Positions 1-9,236 of a stretch of DNA of 64,000 bases are shown here, in pieces. Origin of the DNA: Escherichia phage UPEC06; the sequence record MW250786; one strand, written 5' to 3'. The first letter of the stretch is position 1. Each line of letters begins with the position of its first letter. Position numbers and translations under genes: made by a program. The notes beneath the pieces are model-generated. The model was not told the origin of the DNA. It saw nothing but the letters and a program-made list of their open reading frames with translations, and did not search any database.

Positions 1-1
1 G

Positions 2-1747
2 GGCGATAAAGGCGACAAGGGTGATATCGGAACGGGTATCGTAGCTCGTGGCGTTGTTGCAACCCAAAGTGCACTTCCTTCCGGCGCAGCACCTGGTGAT
101 TTCTACGTTGTAGAAGATGAAGGTAACGGTTACGCTTGGGACGGTACAGCTTGGGTTTTAACTGGATTAGCTCGTGGACCTCAAGGTCTTAAAGGCGATA
201 CCGGAGAAACCGGAGCCAAAGGTGATAAGGGCGATAAAGGTGATGCAGGCGATGCACTTAAGCTGAGAGGCTTGGTTGCAACTTCCGCTGAACTGCCTTC
301 CACTGCTGAACTTGGTGACTTCTATGTCGCTGAAGACACCGGAATTGGTTACGCTTGGGATGGTGTTGCTTTCGTTTCTGCCGGAACCGTTAGAGGACCG
401 CAAGGTGAAGTAGGGCCGCAGGGTGAAGTTGGTCCTCAAGGACCTCAAGGCGAGAAGGGAGATGCTGGCGAGCAAGGTCCTCAAGGATTGGTCGGTGAAA
501 CAGGTGCAAAAGGTGATAAAGGAGATAAGGGTGACGTTGGCTCTGGTCTGATTCCGAGAGGAACTTTACCATCTCAAGCAGATCTTCCTCAAACTGGTGA
601 AGTTGGTGACTTCTACGTAGCTAACGATACTGGTATTGGCTATGCTTTTGATGGAACTGCATTCGTAGAAGCTGGAGTTGCCCGTGGTCCACAGGGTGAA
701 CAAGGACCCCAGGGTGAACAGGGACCACAAGGACTTAAAGGTGATACTGGTGAAACAGGTGCTCAGGGACCTCAAGGTGTTCAAGGTGAGAAAGGTGATA
801 CCGGAGAACGTGGAGAGGTAGGTCCGCAAGGTGATCAGGGTCCGCAAGGTGAGCAAGGTCCTCAGGGTGATATCGGACCAGGTGTAGAGATCATTGGACG
901 ATTTGATACCTCTGATGAATTACCTTCCACGGGTACTTTGGGTCAAGGTTACCTTATCCAAGGCGACTTCTGGGGTTGGACTGGTGCAGCATACGAGAAC
1001 TTGGGTCGTATTCAAGGTCCGGTTGGACCAGTAGGTCCTACGGGTGACCAAGGACCACAAGGCCCTGTCGGTAACAAAGGCGATAAAGGCGACCAAGGGA
1101 CCCTTTGGGTAGTTTTTGCTCGTGCACCAATGGTGAGCGATGGTCGTGTTAACGATCTGTACCTCAACTCTTCCACTCTGGAATATTACCGTAAAACTTC
1201 CGCAACGAACTGGGCACTGCTCGGATTCTTAGGTGGTGGTAACGTGTATGACGCACCAGGGGACGGAAAGCTGTATGTCCGTACTGATGGTGGTTGGGTT
1301 GAATTACCTACCGCAGAAGTTCTGGAAGCACCTCGTGATGGTAACCAATACGTCCGTAAAGACGGCGCTTGGACAACTGTTACAGTTCCTGTAACGGAAG
1401 CACCACTTGAAGGTGGATTCTACGTCCGTGAAAATGGTGCGTGGGTTAAACTGGATCAGTACGATTTACGTGTTGTTGCTTCAACTGGTGCAATTGATGC
1501 AAGCTCTGGTAATGCTTGGACTTTAGATGGTACAACCAACAAGTCCTTGACTATCACCGGATTGCCAGCAGGAAGGGCTAAAACCATAGTTTTACGATTC
1601 ACTGGTAACGGTGGTCAGATTAACTGGGATAGCCAGATCGCTTGGTCTAACGGAACAGCACCGACCCTCGGAGCTACCCGCACTATCCTGACCCTGTTCT
1701 GGGATGGTGAATTCCTGACTGGTACTCAGGCAATGACTGTAGGTTAA
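2..1747 (+). CDS. collagen-like repeat fibre protein, 5' partial (reading frame open from window edge)
   Basis: Frame of the 272..1747 ORF stays open back to nt 2; G-X-Y triplet runs ([10 protein letters not shown]) alternate with 4 copies of a ~25-aa motif GDFYVxxDxGxGYAWDG; stop at 1745-1747. Confidence 0.75.
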   Translation, partial: GDKGDKGDIGTGIVARGVVATQSALPSGAAPGDFYVVEDEGNGYAWDGTAWVLTGLARGPQGLKGDTGETGAKGDKGDKGDAGDALKLRGLVATSAELPSTAELGDFYVAEDTGIGYAWDGVAFVSAGTVRGPQGEVGPQGEVGPQGPQGEKGDAGEQGPQGLVGETGAKGDKGDKGDVGSGLIPRGTLPSQADLPQTGEVGDFYVANDTGIGYAFDGTAFVEAGVARGPQGEQGPQGEQGPQGLKGDTGETGAQGPQGVQGEKGDTGERGEVGPQGDQGPQGEQGPQGDIGPGVEIIGRFDTSDELPSTGTLGQGYLIQGDFWGWTGAAYENLGRIQGPVGPVGPTGDQGPQGPVGNKGDKGDQGTLWVVFARAPMVSDGRVNDLYLNSSTLEYYRKTSATNWALLGFLGGGNVYDAPGDGKLYVRTDGGWVELPTAEVLEAPRDGNQYVRKDGAWTTVTVPVTEAPLEGGFYVRENGAWVKLDQYDLRVVASTGAIDASSGNAWTLDGTTNKSLTITGLPAGRAKTIVLRFTGNGGQINWDSQIAWSNGTAPTLGATRTILTLFWDGEFLTGTQAMTVG

Positions 1748-1756
1748 TTTTTAAAT

Positions 1757-1778
1757 GGGGGCTTCGGCCCCCTCTTTT
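1757..1778 (+). terminator. intrinsic terminator (UUCG tetraloop hairpin + U-tract)
   Basis: GGGGGC-TTCG-GCCCCC followed by TCTTTT, directly after stop codon. Confidence 0.6.
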
Positions 1779-1793
1779 CAGAAAGGAGTTAAT

Positions 1794-2429
1794 ATGGTAA
1801 TCGATAAGATTTATGGCTGGACACCTATGATCCGTATGTCTGACATGCGATATCCGGTATACCTGGCCGACTATCGTGCTGAGTATCCCAACGTATCTAT
1901 CGGCAGTTTTGTTTATGCTGTTGGTATGGCTGAGGTTGGATATCATGCGGTTTATGACGTAACTATGCCGCAAGGTGATGTTGTTACTGAAGGATCGCCG
2001 GAATTACGTGAAGATGGATTCTGGTACAGAACTTGGAATGTTAGAGACTTCACCGAACAAGAGATCGCTGATAACCTTGCTCGTGAAAAAGAGCAGCGTA
2101 TCAATGAGGCTCGGATGACTCTTGATAATGAGAGATCCGAAGGGGTTGTTGTAGCCAGCAAACGATATCAGTCAGACGCTCAAGCTTTTGCTTATTATAG
2201 TTCCATCTCTGCTGTTGCTAAAGACTCACCTGAAGAAGTTTTTCACTTAGTTACTTCTGATAATCAGGTAGAAGAATTCCTCGGTGATGAAGTTATTGCC
2301 CATATAAAAGAAATTCAAAAAGTTAACGCAAAAGTTTATGACGAGTTTGCGAAAATTGTAAAATCTATCCGTGAAGCAAGTTCTTCTGAAGAAATCCCTC
2401 AAGTACCTCCCTCTTTTCAAAATCTTTAA
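1794..2429 (+). CDS. hypothetical protein (possible fibre accessory protein)
   Basis: ATG at 1794 preceded by AAAGGAG; the track start at 1755 lies inside the terminator hairpin so the downstream start is preferred. Confidence 0.5.
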   Translation: MVIDKIYGWTPMIRMSDMRYPVYLADYRAEYPNVSIGSFVYAVGMAEVGYHAVYDVTMPQGDVVTEGSPELREDGFWYRTWNVRDFTEQEIADNLAREKEQRINEARMTLDNERSEGVVVASKRYQSDAQAFAYYSSISAVAKDSPEEVFHLVTSDNQVEEFLGDEVIAHIKEIQKVNAKVYDEFAKIVKSIREASSSEEIPQVPPSFQNL

Positions 2430-2459
2430 TAGTAAATAAACTTACTTAAGGAGCATTGC

Positions 2460-4058
2460 ATGAGTAAAAGTATTAGAGGAATGGCAGGTCATAATAACGG
2501 TGTTTTTTACGGAAATGCCCTTTATGACTTAGAAAGAAAGGTTAAAATGGATTTTAAAGATATCATGGAAAAAGGTGATTCCAGCCAAACACCTGGTCCA
2601 GAAGGTCCACAAGGACCAAAAGGGGATACTGGCCCTGCCGGACCTGTAGGTCCTGTAGGTCCGCAAGGACCACAGGGTGAGATCGGGCCTCAGGGTCCTA
2701 CTGGCCCTCAAGGACCTGTCGGAGCTACTGGTCCTACCGGACCTGAGGGTAGTGAAGGACCACAAGGCCCTCAAGGAGAGCAAGGTATAGCTGGTCCAGT
2801 AGGACCAAAAGGGGATACTGGTGAACAAGGTCCTCAGGGAGAGCAAGGACCCGCTGGTCTAAAAGGCGATACTGGGGATATTGGCCCTGCTGGACAAGAA
2901 GGGCCAATAGGTCCGACTGGCCCAACTGGCCCTGCCGGACCAAAGGGGGATGTTGGTCCTCAAGGACCTAAAGGCGAAACTGGTGAGCAGGGACCTATTG
3001 GACCACAAGGCCCACAAGGGGATGTTGGTCCTGTAGGTCCAGCAGGGCTTACTTTCCGAGGTTTTTATGATCCTTTAGTTGAATACTCTCAGAACGATAC
3101 TGTATCTTACAACGGATCTACTTATTTTTCCTTAAGAACAAGTATAGGCGCTAGTCCAGACACATCACTTGAAGATTGGTCTTTATTGGCAGCAGAGGGA
3201 GCAAGAGGCCCACAAGGCCCAACTGGCCCTCAGGGACCTAAAGGCGACCAGGGTGAGATTGGTCCTGCCGGAGCTACCGGTCCTGAAGGTCCGACTGGCC
3301 CAACTGGCCCGACTGGACCCGCTGGACCGAAAGGGGATAAAGGAGATAAAGGAGAGGTTGGACCTCAAGGACCTAAAGGCGACCAAGGGGTTATGGGAGA
3401 ACAAGGACCGCAGGGTATCGCTGGAACTACTGGACCTGCTGGTCCACAAGGACCTAAAGGCGACAAAGGAGATGTTGGCCCTCAAGGTCCCGCTGGTCCA
3501 CAAGGTTTGGATGGTATCCAAGGCCCAGCGGGTCCCCAGGGGATTAGAGGAATACAAGGACCTAAAGGCGACACTGGTGAGCAGGGAGAGAAAGGGGATA
3601 AGGGTGACAAGGGTGAGAAAGGTGATGCAGGAATATCAAGAACATTCCTTAAGGTTAAAACATCATCTGTTGGCACCAATCACGCGATCAAAATGCCAGC
3701 ACCTCTTGATAACCTATCTATAGGCATAAGGCTTGATTCAGCGGTACGTTTTAGTATTAGGGGTTGGATTGATACAGATACGACAGCCAGAAATGTTAGG
3801 GGGGATATTGAAGGCTTCAATAACTCTGAAAATTACTTCAATACAACGGTAAGACAATTGATATCTTCATCAACTGCAACTGGCACAACCCTTGTAGCCG
3901 ATATCAGCGAATTCCAAAGAATTAGGCCATATACATTTAGCTTCTTTGAAACAACAACAGAGACAATGTGGAGAGTAACTATAACTCTCTTCACGTCAGG
4001 GTATGTAGTAACTGACAATCAATGGCTATGTATAGAAGCTGTTAGACTTGATGCGTAA
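2460..4058 (+). CDS. collagen-like triple-helix repeat protein with C-terminal globular domain
   Basis: Two long G-X-Y runs ([14 protein letters not shown]...) separated by a non-collagen segment; AAGGAG upstream. Confidence 0.75.
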   Translation: MSKSIRGMAGHNNGVFYGNALYDLERKVKMDFKDIMEKGDSSQTPGPEGPQGPKGDTGPAGPVGPVGPQGPQGEIGPQGPTGPQGPVGATGPTGPEGSEGPQGPQGEQGIAGPVGPKGDTGEQGPQGEQGPAGLKGDTGDIGPAGQEGPIGPTGPTGPAGPKGDVGPQGPKGETGEQGPIGPQGPQGDVGPVGPAGLTFRGFYDPLVEYSQNDTVSYNGSTYFSLRTSIGASPDTSLEDWSLLAAEGARGPQGPTGPQGPKGDQGEIGPAGATGPEGPTGPTGPTGPAGPKGDKGDKGEVGPQGPKGDQGVMGEQGPQGIAGTTGPAGPQGPKGDKGDVGPQGPAGPQGLDGIQGPAGPQGIRGIQGPKGDTGEQGEKGDKGDKGEKGDAGISRTFLKVKTSSVGTNHAIKMPAPLDNLSIGIRLDSAVRFSIRGWIDTDTTARNVRGDIEGFNNSENYFNTTVRQLISSSTATGTTLVADISEFQRIRPYTFSFFETTTETMWRVTITLFTSGYVVTDNQWLCIEAVRLDA

Positions 4059-4113
4059 AATAACTGACGAAGGGACTCGCCTACTGATTTGTTCTTTCCT
4101 TTAATAATAGCAA

Positions 4114-4139
4114 AGCCACCTTCGGGTGGCTTTCTTTTT
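4114..4139 (+). terminator. intrinsic terminator
   Basis: AGCCACC-TTCG-GGTGGCT followed by TTCTTTTT. Confidence 0.6.
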
Positions 4140-4197
4140 ATACAAATGACTTTCTCTTTTAATTGTGGTAAGATGATACAATACTCTGGAGGAAACT

Positions 4198-4716
4198 ATG
4201 CATACTGATGAAGAAGTAATTCAACTGGTAAGAACATTTTTAGGTGGCCTTACTGAAGAAGAGATGCCTGACAGCATCATTTTATTTTTCTACAACAAAT
4301 GGAAGGTCTGCTATGATTTGGAAAACAGACCAGACCAATTCTCAATAATCCTTTACAATACTGTTTTAGATTGTGTTCGTTGGCTCTTGGTACAGAACGT
4401 ATCAAGTGGAGCTTCTGGAATACGTGAACGGTTTGAAAAGGTTGGTGATGAAACTATCTCTGTTAAATATGGAGATAATTCCGGCAACTGGCAGGACTTC
4501 CTCGATTACTTACTTGAGCACCCAGAATACATTGATCCTTGCTTAAAAGAGAACTCTGGCCTAGGGCTGGTAATAATAGGTGGTGTTCGTAAAAATGAAG
4601 TTAATCGCGTCCGTCGTAACCCAAATTCATACAATGGGTTTATGGAGAAGGGCATTTATCCGGCACCAGGGACCAGATCAGGAGTAAGGAAGCGAAATCC
4701 GTGGATGGTCAACTAA
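4198..4716 (+). CDS. hypothetical protein (neck/head-tail joining module by position)
   Basis: ORF with GGAGG upstream; lies between fibre genes and sheath gene. Confidence 0.45.
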   Translation: MHTDEEVIQLVRTFLGGLTEEEMPDSIILFFYNKWKVCYDLENRPDQFSIILYNTVLDCVRWLLVQNVSSGASGIRERFEKVGDETISVKYGDNSGNWQDFLDYLLEHPEYIDPCLKENSGLGLVIIGGVRKNEVNRVRRNPNSYNGFMEKGIYPAPGTRSGVRKRNPWMVN

Positions 4717-4779
4717 AGCTTTGAGTTTGTTGCTTTTGCTCATCTATTGTGGTAAAATAACTTTCATGGAGAAATAACC

Positions 4780-5241
4780 GTGAAGAAAACATCAACAGTT
4801 GATTTTTCTGTCATGGATCACTATTTCGACCAACTCTCTGAATTGGAAACAAAAGAGATTGAGGTGGGCTTCTTTGATGAGGCTCACTATTCTGGTCTAA
4901 ATATGGCGACTCTTGCAGCAATTCACGAATTAGGATGGAACAATCTTCCTGAACGTAACTTCATGCTTTCTACTTCGATTCATTATCGCGGTGGACTCAT
5001 CAAGAACCTCAAACGGCTTAATGATGATTTGCTGAAAGGTAAGTCATATAGCCCTGCACTCAAGAAAATCGGTAAGGACTACGCTGACAGCATTCGTTTT
5101 ACAATTGATCAAGGTACGTTCTCCAATAACCGAGTATCCACTGCATGGGCGAGCTATAAAGGATTCAGTGATGCAATGATCCATTACGGCGATCTTTCAG
5201 ATGCAGCGAAGTTTAAGATTGTTCCTCTTACGAAAGACTAA
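4780..5241 (+). CDS. hypothetical protein (neck module by position)
   Basis: GTG start with GGAGAA upstream; co-directional operon. Confidence 0.45.
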   Translation: MKKTSTVDFSVMDHYFDQLSELETKEIEVGFFDEAHYSGLNMATLAAIHELGWNNLPERNFMLSTSIHYRGGLIKNLKRLNDDLLKGKSYSPALKKIGKDYADSIRFTIDQGTFSNNRVSTAWASYKGFSDAMIHYGDLSDAAKFKIVPLTKD

Positions 5242-5250
5242 GGAGGCATA

Positions 5251-5691
5251 ATGTCTCGTGGCTATTTATTGTTAAGTCGTCGCAACCAGCTTATCCCTCG
5301 TATCGAGGTTGAAGGTCGCAGACGTTCTTATAAAAAGGTTGATTTGGATGACCCATTCGACAACGGTGGTCTGGAAATTGAATACACACCATTCACGGCT
5401 GTTGAGTGTGTCATTCAACCAATCCGAGGCAAAGCGCTTCGTGATCAAAACAACCAACTGACTACAGCAGGTGAGGAAGATTACGACTCCTATACTGTGT
5501 ATTCAGAAACTGTATTGTATCGTGCACAAGAAGGAACGGATAAACTTTCTGATCAATTGTGGCTTCCCAATTCTGTTGGTGAGAACAGTTGGTTTACAGT
5601 AATGAAAGCTGACCGTTATCCAAGTGCAGGCAACATGAGATATCGTTACTATCTGATCGCTGTACCTGTTGGAACAGAGGGTGGATTATAA
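5251..5691 (+). CDS. hypothetical protein (neck module by position)
   Basis: ATG preceded by AAGGAGG; ATGA overlap with next gene. Confidence 0.5.
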   Translation: MSRGYLLLSRRNQLIPRIEVEGRRRSYKKVDLDDPFDNGGLEIEYTPFTAVECVIQPIRGKALRDQNNQLTTAGEEDYDSYTVYSETVLYRAQEGTDKLSDQLWLPNSVGENSWFTVMKADRYPSAGNMRYRYYLIAVPVGTEGGL

Positions 5692-6350
5692 TGGATCAAT
5701 TGCCTAATGAGTTTACAAACTCCGACGAGATTATGGGCAATCTCACAAGGGTTATCGGTCGTCTCTTGAAAGACGTAACCACTTACAAGGTGGTTGAAGC
5801 TGGTGAAACAATCCCTAAAGTTGAGGGACCATTCATCCTCGTAGACCTATCAGATTTAAGCCCTCTCGATTGGGAAACAAATCAGATTGTTGAGAATGGT
5901 ATCACCCACACTGTTCACAACTACACTGCAACATACACACTCACCGCATATCGTGGAAAACCTCACTGGGCATTGACTCGTTTTCATCAGGCATTGAGCC
6001 TTGCATGGATAAGAGATAAATACTTCCCTGTCGGATCACCTTATGCTTACTCGTCCACTTCTTCTATTGCAAGATTAAGAATTCCCCTTAATGAGCAATA
6101 TTACGAAAACAGGGCAAGGGTACTGATTACCTTTAACGTTACATTCGTTGAAAGTGACTTCGGTCAGTTTGAAAATATCGAAAGCATCATTATCGACACT
6201 AGTGTTTCAGATCCCTCTGGAAACAAGATCGAAAATGAAGCCCTTATCGATATCAACGTCAAACCAGGTGGTGATGGTCCTAGTATCCCGCCAGAACCGG
6301 ATATTCCTTTCACTTACATCGATACTATCGTTACTGTAAACGAGAAGTAA
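5691..6350 (+). CDS. hypothetical protein (possible tail completion/terminator protein by position)
   Basis: ORF immediately upstream of putative sheath gene. Confidence 0.45.
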   Translation: MDQLPNEFTNSDEIMGNLTRVIGRLLKDVTTYKVVEAGETIPKVEGPFILVDLSDLSPLDWETNQIVENGITHTVHNYTATYTLTAYRGKPHWALTRFHQALSLAWIRDKYFPVGSPYAYSSTSSIARLRIPLNEQYYENRARVLITFNVTFVESDFGQFENIESIIIDTSVSDPSGNKIENEALIDINVKPGGDGPSIPPEPDIPFTYIDTIVTVNEK

Positions 6351-6391
6351 ATCCGGTTATTGATAGGCCCACGCTTATCAGTGACAAATGA

Positions 6392-6405
6392 GGGGCTTCG
6401 GCCCC
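6392..6405 (+). terminator. UUCG hairpin, terminator/attenuator-like
   Basis: GGGGC-TTCG-GCCCC; weak U-tract. Confidence 0.35.
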
Positions 6406-6461
6406 TAATCAATTGGCACTTCCGGTGCTAGTCAATAATCGTCTAGAAGCAGAGGATAAAC

Positions 6462-7877
6462 ATGGCTTATGAAGATAAGGTAGTTGACGTCGAGGTAACT
6501 CTTGGCACTCAACCTATTGATACCGTAGGGTTTGAAACCCCAATGTTCTTAGCAGTACACAACAACTTCCCTGAACGTCTCCGTCTGTACGGGTCTTTGG
6601 AAAGTCTGGTTGGTGATGGATTTGCAGTTGGTTCCGCAGCGCATCAGTTTGCATCCAATGCATTTGGCGGTTCTTTTGCTCCGCAACTGGTGGCTATTGG
6701 TCGTATGTCTATGTCGGGTTCTCGAATCGACTTTACTGGCACTACCAATACCGAACGTGTTGTTGTAAATATTACCATCAATAAGGTTGTTAAAGCAATC
6801 ACCATTTTGGTTAACGTTGGAAACACCCCTGGTCAGATCGCAACCGCTCTGGCAGAAGGCATTAACAACGATGCGGATTTGGCTGGTCGCGTTACTGCAA
6901 CTGTTGAAGGTGGTGTCGTCGTTGTTGTACAATCCGCAGAAATTATCAGCGTAGGAAAAGGCGAAGGTAATTACAAGATTGTAAACACCTCTGTTGAAAC
7001 TGTTGCAACTGTTCTTCCGCAGGTACTTGCTGAAAACCACAACTGGTACTTCCTGTCTCACGAACAACGTTCTGATGCAGATATCGTTGCAGCGGCTGAA
7101 TTTGCACAAGCCAATTATAAACTGCACGTATATAATTCCAGTGACAGCGATGCTCTGGCAGCAGCTAACCAAAGCGCTTCCGTGTTTGATACACTGAAAG
7201 CTCTGGGTTACAACTCTCTGGGTACTTACGACAAAGAAGCGGATGTAGAATTCACCGAAGGTTCTGTTATCGGTGCAATGGCTGCCAACGATCCTTCTTA
7301 CGGTGACTCTATTCACCTGAAGACAATGCCTGGCATGAAGCCTTCTACCATCTCCGAAACTCAGCGTAGCAACGCTTGGGGACGTAACGCAAACATCTAT
7401 CGTGCAATGTACGGCACTAACAGCTACATCGAAGGTCGTACCTCCAGCGGTCAGTATGTTGACGTTATTCGTTTCTCCCATTGGCTGAAATTTCGCATGG
7501 AAGAATCTGTATTCGGATACATGAAGCGTCGTTCTGATCAAGGCCAGTCCATGAAGATGAGTGATGAAGATCTTCCGGTTCTGCGTTCTATCCTGTTCAA
7601 TAATCCAATCAACATCGGTATTCGTAACGGTGGTATTCTGACTGGTTATGATACAGTGAACCGTGTGAGCTACGATCCAATCATTACTATTCCTCGTCGT
7701 GCTGAAATTCCAAGCAACGACTTGGCTAACCGTATCCTGCGTGATGTTAAAGTTGAAGTAGTTTACAACAACTCCCTGCACTACGTTAAAATTCGCGCTG
7801 CTGTTGTTCTGGATCGTCCTCAAACTACGACCCAAAGCACTCAGACTTCTTTCACTACTTCTTCTGTAGGGGTGTAA
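6462..7877 (+). CDS. putative tail sheath protein
   Basis: 471 aa; position in the order sheath-tube-chaperones-tape measure; strong AGAGGA RBS. Confidence 0.5.
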   Translation: MAYEDKVVDVEVTLGTQPIDTVGFETPMFLAVHNNFPERLRLYGSLESLVGDGFAVGSAAHQFASNAFGGSFAPQLVAIGRMSMSGSRIDFTGTTNTERVVVNITINKVVKAITILVNVGNTPGQIATALAEGINNDADLAGRVTATVEGGVVVVVQSAEIISVGKGEGNYKIVNTSVETVATVLPQVLAENHNWYFLSHEQRSDADIVAAAEFAQANYKLHVYNSSDSDALAAANQSASVFDTLKALGYNSLGTYDKEADVEFTEGSVIGAMAANDPSYGDSIHLKTMPGMKPSTISETQRSNAWGRNANIYRAMYGTNSYIEGRTSSGQYVDVIRFSHWLKFRMEESVFGYMKRRSDQGQSMKMSDEDLPVLRSILFNNPINIGIRNGGILTGYDTVNRVSYDPIITIPRRAEIPSNDLANRILRDVKVEVVYNNSLHYVKIRAAVVLDRPQTTTQSTQTSFTTSSVGV

Positions 7878-7880
7878 TAG

Positions 7881-8363
7881 ATGGCACTGAATCCTAAGTT
7901 AATTAGTCTCCAGGCGTATGACCCAGCCAAAGTCCTGATCTTTATCGGTGGTCAACGTGTTTCTGGATTCGCCGCTGATACGAAAGTCGTTGTTTCTCGT
8001 AACAATGATAACATTACTCCGCTGTCGGGTGTAGATGGTGAAGTGAGTTCTGCTATCGTCCGTGATAACTCCGGCGTAGTGACCATCTCTTTGCAGAATA
8101 CCTCTGTATGGAACGGTTATCTCTCTCAATGGCAGTTGCAAGCCCGTCTTACCGGACTTGTTTACTTCCCGATTCAGATTGAAGGTTCTCAGGGTCTATC
8201 TCTGAACACCTTCGGATGGATTCAACGTCAACCAGACCTGACCTACGGTTCTGAAGTAGGCCAGATGGACTGGGAAATTGGCGTAGTCGATGCACAGTTG
8301 AGCGCTGATCAGATTCAAGGCGTTGCTGCTGGTATCGGTGGAATCCTCGGACTGGATCAATAA
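7881..8363 (+). CDS. putative tail tube protein
   Basis: 160 aa ORF directly after sheath candidate and before chaperone pair. Confidence 0.45.
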   Translation: MALNPKLISLQAYDPAKVLIFIGGQRVSGFAADTKVVVSRNNDNITPLSGVDGEVSSAIVRDNSGVVTISLQNTSVWNGYLSQWQLQARLTGLVYFPIQIEGSQGLSLNTFGWIQRQPDLTYGSEVGQMDWEIGVVDAQLSADQIQGVAAGIGGILGLDQ

Positions 8364-8442
8364 TTACGTGAGCCTCAAGGATGAGGCCCTTCTTACGCTA
8401 CGGACATATTTATATTAACAAAGTGGACACAGGAGTGTAAAC

Positions 8443-8913
8443 GTGCAAGGTTTTAAATTTAAAAAGACTACAGAGATCACTCTCTGCGGCGGTAAGCGAT
8501 TCACGATTTATCATTGGTCGCCTACTCAAGTTATCCGTAATATGCCTAAAATTGGCAAGCTGGTAGCTGTTCCTTTGGGTACAATGGCAGGCTCTGCTAT
8601 TTCCGGTGGACAAGATTTTCAAGATGCTGTCCCAACCGCAATTCTTTATATTCTGGATCGTATCGATGAAGGTGGTCTGGAAATTATCAACCTTTTACTG
8701 GAAGGCGTTGAAGTAGACAACATGGGCGGCCCGATTGATATCGATGAAGTGTTTGATGGTCACGTAGAAGATTTGTTCAAGTTACTTGCTGAAATCATAC
8801 AGGTGAACTACGGCTGTTTTTTCGGCAAGAGCGGTTTCGGGACAATCGAAAATCTCCTTCAGAAGTTCGGTCTGGTTCGCAAGGTGGACCAACTGGATCA
8901 GACGGAAGCCTGA
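8443..8913 (+). CDS. tail assembly chaperone (G-like)
   Basis: GTG start; immediately upstream of tape measure gene; slippery site near 3' end. Confidence 0.55.
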   Translation: MQGFKFKKTTEITLCGGKRFTIYHWSPTQVIRNMPKIGKLVAVPLGTMAGSAISGGQDFQDAVPTAILYILDRIDEGGLEIINLLLEGVEVDNMGGPIDIDEVFDGHVEDLFKLLAEIIQVNYGCFFGKSGFGTIENLLQKFGLVRKVDQLDQTEA

Positions 8914-9179
8914 GGCCGCTGAGTACGGTGGAAAGGGCCTTGGAGTATTGTAGGAAAAACTCCAGTCTGAAATGGTATGACTATCTTTATTTCCGTGTCA
9001 TGGAGAAATTCAAGGGAGTTAATGAACTTTCTATTGAAAGTGGGGACATGGAAGACCTTCTTAAGAAAAATGAATATATAGATATTCAAGAATATTTGGA
9101 AGGTGTTCAAGAGAAAGAGAAGGAATACGAACGCCAGCGAATGGAACAACAAGAGGCCCAGTTAAAACGGAGAAAGTAA
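8793..9179 (+). CDS. -1 frame extension of tail assembly chaperone (GT-like fusion C-terminal part)
   Basis: ORF in -1 frame overlaps the last ~120 nt of the upstream chaperone gene and ends just before the tape measure gene. Confidence 0.5.
   Translation, partial: NHTGELRLFFRQERFRDNRKSPSEVRSGSQGGPTGSDGSLRPLSTVERALEYCRKNSSLKWYDYLYFRVMEKFKGVNELSIESGDMEDLLKKNEYIDIQEYLEGVQEKEKEYERQRMEQQEAQLKRRK
8817..8823 (+). other. candidate -1 programmed ribosomal frameshift slippery heptamer T_TTT_TTC
   Basis: XXXYYYZ heptamer in the zero frame of the 8443..8913 ORF (codons TTT 8818-8820, TTC 8821-8823); the -1 frame is open from 8793 to 9179. Confidence 0.5.
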
Positions 9180-9187
9180 ATAAATAG

Positions 9188-9222
9188 GGCTGGAGTCGAA
9201 AGACTCTGGCCTTTATTTTTAT
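9188..9222 (+). terminator. hairpin (GAAA loop) + U-tract, attenuator/terminator-like
   Basis: GGCTGGAGTC-GAAA-GACTCTGGCC (two G-U pairs) followed by TTTATTTTTATT. Confidence 0.4.
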
Positions 9223-9236
9223 TATGAGGAGTCGAA

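Noticed and set aside
6549-7835. 428-aa antisense ORF on the - strand inside the putative sheath gene
   Set aside because: Entirely overlaps a + strand gene with strong RBS and operon context; Cys/Asn/Thr-rich low-complexity translation; no RBS.
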